The position numbers and the translations under genes are program-made. A stretch of DNA of 64,000 nucleotides from Microcoleus sp. (GTDB lineage: Bacteria > Cyanobacteriota > Cyanobacteriia > Cyanobacteriales > Microcoleaceae): NCBI GenBank assembly GCA_052279835.1, contig CP181291.1, positions 4,544,001 to 4,608,000 on the forward strand, read 5' to 3'. The notes below the pieces were generated by a model. It ran no database searches, had not been told where the DNA came from, and saw only the letters and a program-made list of their open reading frames with translations. Below, one piece after another: positions 56,077-64,000 of this stretch (the first letter of the stretch is position 1; each line of letters begins with the position of its first letter).

Positions 56077-57393
56077 TTAGTTTCTTTGAGTAGTGGGAGA
56101 TGCTAAAGGTTGACTATTGTTTTTAGGCCGTTCTGGCTGATTTTTGGCTGCTGGTTTTGGTGGTGGTGGCGGCGGAAAAGTAGCGGCTCGTCTGGGTATT
56201 TGTAGAGCTGTTCGGAATGCAGAAAATGGGAAGAAAGTTTGAAATTTTGACAAGCGCTCTTCAAGAGATTCCGGTGTTAATTCCCACAAACTTTCGTAGT
56301 AAAAAAAAGCCACACCTAAGCCGTATTCTTGGACTGCTCGCACCTGAGATTGAATTTGGTGCATGGGAACTGGGCGATTTCTTAAACCAGTCATAATTCC
56401 AACTCCTGTGGGAATTTTTTTCTGGGTTTCTTGCATTTCTGGGCGATTGATTTTGTTAATAAACGATGCTAAATCAGGGCGGTAAACTTGCACAATTAGC
56501 TCGTCGGCAATATCTAACCTTACCCAAGCTAGCCAATCTTGCAGGTGATGCTTGTAAGCAAATTCGTAGTAATTGGGAGAAATGGAGAAAATTGCCTTGG
56601 GTTTTACGGCTTTTACAGCTTGATTTAGTTGCGACATAAATGCCGTAATTTTATTAGCTCGCCACTGCACCCAAGCTGGATCTTGAAAATCTGTTGGAGG
56701 AGCTTTTTTGGTTTCTTTAGTATACAGTGCAACGGTGTAGGCATCATAACCAAATTCTGATGGCAAACTCATGTGATCGTCAAATTGAATGCCATCAGCA
56801 TTGTATTTAGTAGTGACTTCTAGTACGAGTTCGCTAATGAATTGCTGAACTTCGGGATGAAAAGGGTTTAACCAAACTACTTCGCCACCCGCACCGTTTG
56901 ATGTCTGGGTTCCGTCTTGTTTTTGTGTTAGCCAATCGGGATTATTTAATGCTAATTCTGAGCTGGGAGGAGTCATGAAACCAAACTCAAACCAGGGAAT
57001 TACTAACAATCCTTGGCGATGAGATTGCTCGATTAAATCTGCTAGCATATCTTGTCCGTCTAAGCCTCTGTACACAAAGGGTTGAATATCTCTTTGTTGG
57101 GCGACAGGACTAGGATACATCACATAGCCAGAATTCCAAATTACGGGATAAATAGTGTTGAAATTTAACTGTTTGAGTTTGGTGACTGCTTCTGTTACTT
57201 TGCGCCGCTCTCTGAGGATGTCTTTGTCGTTTGTTGTCATCCAAACTCCTCGGATTTCTTGACGGGGTTGCTGGGCGATCGCCGGAATCAAGTTGTTCGC
57301 CAGCAGTGCTATCATGAAGGAGATGGCAAATAAAAGCGGGAGAATAGGTTTAATCGATCGCAGCCAACCGCGAGGAATGATGCGTAATGTCAT
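56077..57393 (-). CDS. GHL10-family glycoside hydrolase
   Basis: EIRGVW, IPWFEFG, WLNPFHPEVQ, DGIQFDDH, LQDW. Confidence 0.85.
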   Translation of the reverse strand: MTLRIIPRGWLRSIKPILPLLFAISFMIALLANNLIPAIAQQPRQEIRGVWMTTNDKDILRERRKVTEAVTKLKQLNFNTIYPVIWNSGYVMYPSPVAQQRDIQPFVYRGLDGQDMLADLIEQSHRQGLLVIPWFEFGFMTPPSSELALNNPDWLTQKQDGTQTSNGAGGEVVWLNPFHPEVQQFISELVLEVTTKYNADGIQFDDHMSLPSEFGYDAYTVALYTKETKKAPPTDFQDPAWVQWRANKITAFMSQLNQAVKAVKPKAIFSISPNYYEFAYKHHLQDWLAWVRLDIADELIVQVYRPDLASFINKINRPEMQETQKKIPTGVGIMTGLRNRPVPMHQIQSQVRAVQEYGLGVAFFYYESLWELTPESLEERLSKFQTFFPFSAFRTALQIPRRAATFPPPPPPKPAAKNQPERPKNNSQPLASPTTQRN

Positions 57394-57417
57394 AGTGTTA
57401 AATGGTGAGTTAGCTCT

Positions 57418-57703
57418 TAGACATCTCCAAAAATGATGGTGGGGTAAGCCCGAAAGCCAGCCATTGACAGGCTTTTCTGGAGACGGTTATCGAAACACAC
57501 CCTGGCATAATTTGCTAATGAAATTTAGTCGTTCTACAGTCTACAACCATTTGTGCTGATTTGCTAATTGGTTGAGTGAAATCGCGACATCGCTTAGATG
57601 CGATCGCACTTTGGCAAACTATAATATACTTGTCCCAAAAAGGCTGTCAAGGGCTGGCTGGATGTCTAATCCTACTCCTGACAGAAATTATGGGAGATGT
57701 CTA
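57418..57703. mobile_element. TAGACATCTC-family MITE (~286 bp)
   Basis: Perfect terminal inverted repeat tagacatctcc/ggagatgtcta plus an inner 18/20 inverted repeat. Confidence 0.75.
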
Positions 57704-57724
57704 ATATTGATACATGAAATATCC

Positions 57725-58894
57725 ATGCCACAACATTTAGTTTTAATTGGTGGCGGTCATAGTCATGCTATTGTATTGAAAATGTTCGGCATGAAACCGC
57801 TGTCGGGAGTGCATTTGACTCTGATTACCGACGTGCTGTACGCACCCTATTCGGGGATGCTACCGGGACACATTGCGGGTTTTTACAGTTATGAGGAATG
57901 TCACATCGATTTGCGTTCTCTCTGTGAATTTACTCAGTGCGAGATATTGGTCGATCGGGCGATCGCGATCGACTTTAACAAAAATCAAGTAATTTGTCAA
58001 AATCGCCCCCCCGTTAGTTTTGACTTGCTTTCGATCGATATCGGCAGCACTCCCGCGACTTTATCCGTACCTGGTGCTGCCGAATATGCAATTCCAGCTA
58101 AACCAGTCCCGGAGTTTTTAGCTAACTGGAATCAGTTAATTACATCCCCAGCAAATTATCTAAATCAACCCTTGAATATTGCCATTGTGGGTGGTGGTGC
58201 CGGCGGTGTAGAATTAGCATTAAATATGCAATCTTGTCTGGCTCGAAAAACCGATAATTATCAAATTAACTTGGTTCACAGCGGTGCGGAATTAATGCCA
58301 CAACACAACCAAAAAGTACGTCATCGCCTCAAAAAAAATATCATTAATCGCGGTATCAAACTGCACTTAATGGAAAAAGTGGTGGGTATCAAAAACACCA
58401 AAATAATTGACACAAATAAAAGTTCAGAATGCCACATACCCAATTACGAAATTGCCTGTGAATCCGGATTAAGATTAGACGTAAATCGTATTTTTTGGGT
58501 GACACAAGCCTCCGCAGCTAATTGGATAAAAGCATCGGGTTTAGCCACGGACTCCAACGGGTTTATCCAAGTCAATGATTACTTGCAATCTGTGTCTCAC
58601 CCTCATGTATTTGCCGCTGGGGATATCTGCACGATGATTAATTATCCGCGCCCCAAAGCAGGAGTATTTGCGGTGCGGCAGGGCCCGCCTTTATTTGAAA
58701 ATTTGCAGCGATTTTTATTAGCCAAACCGCTAAAACCCTTTGCACCACAAGCCCAATATTTAGGGCTAATTGGTACTGGGAATAAAAAGGCGATCGCCTC
58801 TCGCGGCTCTTTGATGTGGGAATCCCGGCTACTCTGGTACTGGAAAGATTGGATCGATCGCCAATTTATGCAAAAATTTCAGCATAAAAATTAG
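57725..58894 (+). CDS. FAD-dependent pyridine nucleotide-disulfide oxidoreductase (SelD N-terminal-associated type)
   Basis: LVLIGGGHSH, PYSGMLPG, GGGAGGVE, FAAGD, PKAGVFAVRQG, WKDWIDRQFM. Confidence 0.82.
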   Translation: MPQHLVLIGGGHSHAIVLKMFGMKPLSGVHLTLITDVLYAPYSGMLPGHIAGFYSYEECHIDLRSLCEFTQCEILVDRAIAIDFNKNQVICQNRPPVSFDLLSIDIGSTPATLSVPGAAEYAIPAKPVPEFLANWNQLITSPANYLNQPLNIAIVGGGAGGVELALNMQSCLARKTDNYQINLVHSGAELMPQHNQKVRHRLKKNIINRGIKLHLMEKVVGIKNTKIIDTNKSSECHIPNYEIACESGLRLDVNRIFWVTQASAANWIKASGLATDSNGFIQVNDYLQSVSHPHVFAAGDICTMINYPRPKAGVFAVRQGPPLFENLQRFLLAKPLKPFAPQAQYLGLIGTGNKKAIASRGSLMWESRLLWYWKDWIDRQFMQKFQHKN

Positions 58895-59027
58895 TATTTG
58901 GGCAAAAAGGCGATCGGAGTAATTCCGCTAACCTAAAAAAACAGCAGATCCAACTAGCCGCAGATTGGAAAATAGGAGGATTCTGATTTATGATAGTAGT
59001 AACCGCAGAAAGGAGTAAAGACTAAAT

Positions 59028-59687
59028 ATGTTCAGAAAAATTGGTTTTTGGCTGATTTGGATTGCCTTTAGCACCTACGCTTTTGTATTTGCACCTCCCG
59101 ACAGCCCCGAAACATTGACCTTAATTACCAATCTTTCCACCGGAAAAATAGCAGAAATTAACCCTTTAATTGTCGCCTTGTTTAATATCATGGGCCTGTG
59201 GCCAATCATTTACAGTTGCGTCTTATTTGCTGACGGTAGAGGACAAAAAATACCAGCGTGGTTATTTGCCATTTTATCCTTTGGTGTCGGTGCATTTGCC
59301 TTATTGCCTTATTTAGCCCTACGGCAACCAAATCCCGAATTTATTGGGAATAAAAATACTTTTTTAAAGGTATTAGATTCCCGGTTTACGGGAATTATAT
59401 TAACATTAGGTGCTGCTGGTTTAGTTGCCTTTGGGTTGACAACAGGCGATTGGTCAGATTTTATTAGCCAATGGCAGACTAGCCGCTTTATTCATGTAAT
59501 GAGTTTAGATTTTTGTATGCTTTCCCTGTTATTTCCCGCATTGCTGGGAGATGACATGGCGCGCCGAGGAATGCACAATAGTACAGTTTTTTGGGCGGTA
59601 ACATTAGTTCCTTTGTTTGGCCCTCTAGTTTATTTGTGTACGCGCCAGTCTTTGCCGGAAAATACAGTGCAAACTGTTACAAATTAG
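59028..59687 (+). CDS. DUF2834-like membrane protein
   Basis: Multi-TM; GAFALLPYLALR, IHVMSLDF, DDMARRG. Confidence 0.7.
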   Translation: MFRKIGFWLIWIAFSTYAFVFAPPDSPETLTLITNLSTGKIAEINPLIVALFNIMGLWPIIYSCVLFADGRGQKIPAWLFAILSFGVGAFALLPYLALRQPNPEFIGNKNTFLKVLDSRFTGIILTLGAAGLVAFGLTTGDWSDFISQWQTSRFIHVMSLDFCMLSLLFPALLGDDMARRGMHNSTVFWAVTLVPLFGPLVYLCTRQSLPENTVQTVTN

Positions 59688-59769
59688 ACAGCATGGCTGA
59701 CAATTATCAGTTTACTTTAGGACTCTATGTCATCATACTAGAAACAGGCTTTCTGGCCTGTTCCACAAC

Positions 59770-60522
59770 ATGAAAAAATTTCCCATCGTTGGCATTACCA
59801 CCTATAACCGCTGTCAAGCAGGCGAATATCGCTTAAATGGATCTTATATTGATGCCGTGCAAGCGGCTGGTGGCATCCCGATTTTACTGCCGCCCAATCA
59901 ATTAAATCCAGCTAGTATTTTTGATATAGTAGACGGTTTAATTTTTTCCGGTGGCGGAGATATTAATCCAGAACTTTATGGCGGTGCGATCGATCGCACA
60001 GTTTATGCGATCGATGCAGAACGTGATAACTTTGAACTAGCCTTAGCCAAACTAGCTTTCAAAGCTGACATACCTGTTTTGGGAGTTTGTCGGGGAATGC
60101 AAATGCTGAATGTAGCTAGCGGTGGTAGTTTGGTGACTCACGTACCCCATGCTTACGGAGAGGAAGTGAGTCATGGAGCGGGAATTCCCCCTCGTGCGAT
60201 CGAGCATAGCATTGAAATTGAACCCAACAGTCGGCTAGCAAAAATTATGGGAACAACTTCCACAACCGTTGTTTCTTGGCATCATCAAGCTGTGCGGAAA
60301 GTAACATCCGATTGGCGAATTGTAGCCGAGGCATCAGACACTTTGGTAGAAGCAATGGAGTATCAAAATCACCCCTGGATGATTGCAATTCAATGGCATC
60401 CGGAAATGTCCCCAAAATGTTTACTAAACTCTCGAATTTTTCGCGCTTTCGTAGAAGCAGCAGCTTCTAAATTGATGAATTCCACCAAGTCAAGTTCAAA
60501 TCAAATTCATACATTTTTATAG
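59770..60522 (+). CDS. Gamma-glutamyl-gamma-aminobutyrate hydrolase family (peptidase C26)
   Basis: SGGGDI, GVCRGMQ, SWHHQA, QWHPE. Confidence 0.9.
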   Translation: MKKFPIVGITTYNRCQAGEYRLNGSYIDAVQAAGGIPILLPPNQLNPASIFDIVDGLIFSGGGDINPELYGGAIDRTVYAIDAERDNFELALAKLAFKADIPVLGVCRGMQMLNVASGGSLVTHVPHAYGEEVSHGAGIPPRAIEHSIEIEPNSRLAKIMGTTSTTVVSWHHQAVRKVTSDWRIVAEASDTLVEAMEYQNHPWMIAIQWHPEMSPKCLLNSRIFRAFVEAAASKLMNSTKSSSNQIHTFL

Positions 60523-60526
60523 TCAC

Positions 60527-60715
60527 TTATTCTTGATAGTCAGTGTCTATTTCAATATCAAGGGTATCTTCATCTATTCTGATATACAGAACATTCGGGC
60601 GACAGCAAACTTGACAATCTTCAATATATGATTGCTCCATTCCCCCACTAATATCCACAAAAGTTGTACTCGGTTCGCCGCAAAAAGCACAGTAATATTC
60701 AGCCGTTGTTTGCAT
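60527..60715 (-). CDS. CPXCG-type cysteine-rich small protein
   Basis: CAFCGE...YIEDCQVCCRP. Confidence 0.8.
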   Translation of the reverse strand: MQTTAEYYCAFCGEPSTTFVDISGGMEQSYIEDCQVCCRPNVLYIRIDEDTLDIEIDTDYQE

Positions 60716-61160
60716 CTTTTTCGCACTCTTTCTTGGTAACTTCGTGGCGGTAACGAAACATATCTGTTAGTCGCATTTCCACCCACCAACCTAATAATAG
60801 ATCGACCATCGGGCCACCAGGTATCGAAAAGGCGATCGCATCTGTCAATCTAGTTTTACCATTTTCTGTGGTAAACTCGTGTCGATGAGTCCAACTCGCC
60901 ATCGGCCCCTCAGTTTGTTCATCAACAAATAACCTATACTGTTGGCACTCAGTATGAATCGCCACCCACTTTACCGGAATCGGCCCCAATGAAAGACGAA
61001 ATTCCGATACAGCACCCACACCAAGTCCACCTTCGCGGCGAATGATTGTCACCGGTTGCCAAGGCGGAGTTAATATTTGTAAAATATCCGGTCTTTCGTG
61101 AAAGTTCCAGACACTTTCAACCGTCGCATCAATTAGCGATGAATATCGAAAATTAGGCAT
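60699..61160 (-). CDS. SRPBCC family protein
   Basis: VWNFH, LTPPW, FVDEQTEGP..WTHRH. Confidence 0.85.
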   Translation of the reverse strand: MPNFRYSSLIDATVESVWNFHERPDILQILTPPWQPVTIIRREGGLGVGAVSEFRLSLGPIPVKWVAIHTECQQYRLFVDEQTEGPMASWTHRHEFTTENGKTRLTDAIAFSIPGGPMVDLLLGWWVEMRLTDMFRYRHEVTKKECEKDANNG

Positions 61161-61173
61161 TATTCAAATCTTA

Positions 61174-61533
61174 CTAAACAGTTAATGGCGCTGGCATCTC
61201 AGCATTTACATCATTATCCTCTGTCTCAGTACAAACAGCAACAGTTAGTTTCAATCCCAGAGTTTTTAGCCAAGTTCCCAAACTATAAATCGCATCACTT
61301 CCTTGTTCAGACAGCAATTCATCCAGTTTTTTTAAGTGCAATTCATATTGTTCTGGAGTCATTTTTGATTGACCGAGAGCTTCTGCTACATCGCTGAGAG
61401 CAAGTCTGAGCAATGCTTCGTCAGGTTCTTCACCTTCATCTAATTCAAAATGAGTTTCCAGATAGACTGCCGCATAACTGGGGCTTTTTAGGCGTGCTAT
61501 CAAAAAGTCATGATACGGTAAACTTTTAGGCAT
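61174..61533 (-). CDS. Addiction-module antidote protein
   Basis: YHDFLIARLK..YAAVYL..LRLALSDVAEA; downstream of the toxin. Confidence 0.7.
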   Translation of the reverse strand: MPKSLPYHDFLIARLKSPSYAAVYLETHFELDEGEEPDEALLRLALSDVAEALGQSKMTPEQYELHLKKLDELLSEQGSDAIYSLGTWLKTLGLKLTVAVCTETEDNDVNAEMPAPLTV

Positions 61534-61537
61534 TTTT

Positions 61538-61867
61538 TTAACTCCTATAATTTGTCCAGTATTCTATTGCTTGGCGAATGTCTCGGTCTTGAGTGCTTTT
61601 GTCTCCTCCGCACAGAAGAAGTATAATTGTTGTTCCTACTTGCCCAAAATAGATGCGGAAACCAGGGCCATAGTCTATCCTTAATTCAAAGACTCCTTCT
61701 CCAAGTGATTTACAATCTCCCAGATTCCCCAAAATAACTCGGTTAAGTCTTTTATTGATAATTGTTGAAATTTTGCTATCTCGGAGCGAATCAAACCAGT
61801 TATCAAACGGCACTTGACCGTCTACGGCTACATAACGCTGAATTTCCCTGGGTTGGACTTCTGGCAT
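61538..61867 (-). CDS. RelE/ParE-family addiction-module toxin
   Basis: GNLGDCKSLGEGVFELRIDYGPGFRIYF, LLCGGDKSTQ. Confidence 0.88.
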   Translation of the reverse strand: MPEVQPREIQRYVAVDGQVPFDNWFDSLRDSKISTIINKRLNRVILGNLGDCKSLGEGVFELRIDYGPGFRIYFGQVGTTIILLLCGGDKSTQDRDIRQAIEYWTNYRS

Positions 61868-61943
61868 AATTGTATGATAGTATGTCGCTCCTCATCTTAT
61901 CTTAAACTGGTTGCCAAGGCGGACTCATAATTTGCATAATCTA

Positions 61944-62357
61944 CTAATTATACTCAAGAAATGCCATAGGGGAAAGATGGAAAAAAGTAGCTAATTTTTG
62001 AATTTGACTCGCCGTTAATTCCCGCTTTTGATTCATCACCTCAGATACAAAAAAATCAGATTCAAAAATATCCACCAAATCTTTTTCTTGAATATTGTCT
62101 TCAATTATTAACGCTTTCAGTAGTGCAATACCTTTCAAAACAGGCATTGGCTCACATTTTTGTTCGTAATCATAAACCAGAGTACCCAGTACATTTAAGT
62201 AATCTCGATCGTCTTGGGTCAAATTTCTCCGACTCAGAATAGAATCAATCCGATTTTGTGTAGCGATTAACTCAGCTTCACAAGTAATTGGACGCGGTGG
62301 AAAAGTCGTGATGATCTCAATGTAGTAGCTACTAGGATTTTTCAAACCAGTCGTCAT
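61944..62357 (-). CDS. HigA-like HTH antitoxin/regulator (orphan)
   Basis: FPPRPI, LGTLVYDYE, VSEVMNQKRELT..QIQKLATFF. Confidence 0.75.
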   Translation of the reverse strand: MTTGLKNPSSYYIEIITTFPPRPITCEAELIATQNRIDSILSRRNLTQDDRDYLNVLGTLVYDYEQKCEPMPVLKGIALLKALIIEDNIQEKDLVDIFESDFFVSEVMNQKRELTASQIQKLATFFHLSPMAFLEYN

Positions 62358-62387
62358 TTTTCCAGTTCTCCTTTATAATCTAATTTA

Positions 62388-64000
62388 CTAAACGTGAATT
62401 AGTGAATTTTCATATCCTTTTGTATGAGTCATCGCTTCAGCTAAATGCTTCTTCAAAGTCGCTTCGGGCAGCGGTCCTTGCAAGTGACTCCAAGGCAAAA
62501 CCCGATCCAATTCCCACTCCTGGAAAACATAAAAATCCATTTCCGGCAAATGTCCCCGCAATTCCTTAAAAGCCCGCCGATAACTGCCCAATGTATCGCC
62601 GTAATGCCGCACTAATTCTAACAGCTTAGACAAGCGTCGATCGCCCTTTGACAACAAACCCTGAATCACAGACCAGTTATAGCTTTCAGGTCTAAATTCT
62701 AAACCCAACTTCCGCAATTCTTTATCTAAAAACTTCAATCTTTTTTCTGCATCTTTATTGACTCCAAACCACTGAAAAGGAGTGTGAGATTTCGGGACAA
62801 AGGTACTGCAACCAAAAGTTAAGCGCAAACCGGGAGCAGCTTTTTTGACTGCCCGCAGCATGGCTACAGTCGCCTCTAAATCCTCCATTTCTTCCCCCGG
62901 TATTCCCGCCATACCGTAGAGTTTAATGCCCTTTAAACCTCCAACTTTAGCATTGATAGCAGCTTGAATAATTTCCTCATTGGTGAGCTTTTTATTAACT
63001 ATTTTGCGGAGGCGATCGCTGCCACTTTCCACCGCAATCGTCACAGATTTGCTGTCTCTTTTGGTCAAAATTTCCGCAAGTTTCACCGTCACCGTGTTGG
63101 TACGGACTGAAGCAAGACTAAGCCGTACACCATCGTATTTAGGCTGATTTAAATAATCTAATAAAACTTCAAATTCCGGGTGCTGAGTCACGGAAGCACC
63201 CAATAAACCCAAGCGATTTGTCACAGCTAAACCACGGTCTATTGCCGGAATTAGAGAAGCCTCCAAACTCGCAGTTCTAAAAGGTAAAGTCAGATAACTT
63301 GCCAAACAGAAGCGGCACATTTCTGGACAACTCCGAACCACTTCCACCATGTAAATATTTTCCCAAGCAGCCTTGGATGTCACCACAGTAGAAGCAGATA
63401 AAGTATTGCCACGATAAGTCTGTTTTTCAACCACACTGGGAATTGCTGCATCCAGGGGATGAATTGATTGAATACCCTCCGCGACATCCAGATAAGTCAC
63501 TTCGTACAAACTGGGAACATACACTCCCGGAACTTGGGATAAATGGCGCAATTTAGTTTTTCTGTCAGCGGTACGAACTTCTTTAAAAGCATTTATAAAA
63601 TTATCAATCAGATTTTCGCCATCTCCGAGCAAAATCACATCAAAAAAATCAGCGAAAGGTTCGGGGTTGGCAGTAAAAACCGGACCACCACCAAAGACTA
63701 TAGGATGACTATCTGTTCGTTTAGTTGCCCAAATTGGAACTTCTAGAGATTCCAATAAATTGAGAATATTCACATAATCGAGTTCCCAAGAAAAAGAAAA
63801 TCCCAGTAATTCTGGAGTTCTCGGAAGTGGTTCGTGGATATCAGTAAATAAACGACCAACCTCAATATCTGGGCGCACTGCCAAAGTTGCCCACACTATT
63901 TGATAGCCCAGACTGGTAATACCAACCGTGTACTCGTTGGGAAAAGCAAAAATCGTCTGGATAGCGTCAACATCGGGGGTTGCTGGGGCAAATAGCAAGC
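62388..64000 (-). CDS. B12-binding radical SAM protein (5' end outside the window)
   Basis: VRSCPEMCRFC (CxxxCxxC), FGGGP, AVESGS, FVPKSHTPFQW. Confidence 0.88.
   Translation of the reverse strand, partial: LLFAPATPDVDAIQTIFAFPNEYTVGITSLGYQIVWATLAVRPDIEVGRLFTDIHEPLPRTPELLGFSFSWELDYVNILNLLESLEVPIWATKRTDSHPIVFGGGPVFTANPEPFADFFDVILLGDGENLIDNFINAFKEVRTADRKTKLRHLSQVPGVYVPSLYEVTYLDVAEGIQSIHPLDAAIPSVVEKQTYRGNTLSASTVVTSKAAWENIYMVEVVRSCPEMCRFCLASYLTLPFRTASLEASLIPAIDRGLAVTNRLGLLGASVTQHPEFEVLLDYLNQPKYDGVRLSLASVRTNTVTVKLAEILTKRDSKSVTIAVESGSDRLRKIVNKKLTNEEIIQAAINAKVGGLKGIKLYGMAGIPGEEMEDLEATVAMLRAVKKAAPGLRLTFGCSTFVPKSHTPFQWFGVNKDAEKRLKFLDKELRKLGLEFRPESYNWSVIQGLLSKGDRRLSKLLELVRHYGDTLGSYRRAFKELRGHLPEMDFYVFQEWELDRVLPWSHLQGPLPEATLKKHLAEAMTHTKGYENSLIHV

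Overview
A 64-kb chromosomal window from a filamentous, non-heterocystous cyanobacterium of the Microcoleus/Tychonema/Phormidium autumnale type. This rests on the 16S sequence, abundant HIP1 (GCGATCGC) sites and heptamer STRR runs. Core content: a complete minus-strand rRNA operon (16S, tRNA-Ile, tRNA-Ala, 23S, 5S), tRNA-Ser, sdhA, psaL-psaI, a frameshifted ndhV, nadA, ribE, plsC, a WD40 Ser/Thr kinase and a PAS histidine kinase. The first ~21 kb is accessory-rich. It holds a type IV major pilin between a SAM methyltransferase and a SPINDLY/OGT-like (GT41) glycosyltransferase, a methyltransferase-GT41 fusion and a deleted GT41 remnant, which together form a candidate pilin-decoration locus. 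It also holds four Uma2 nucleases, three toxin-antitoxin modules and nested palindromic repeats. Elsewhere there is a TnpA-less IS200/IS605 TnpB element, a probable group II intron remnant upstream of the rRNA promoter, a solo IS630-type HTH gene, several MITE/REP families and a further TA cluster. No CRISPR array was seen. All calls come from motif recognition by eye; no database searches were run.
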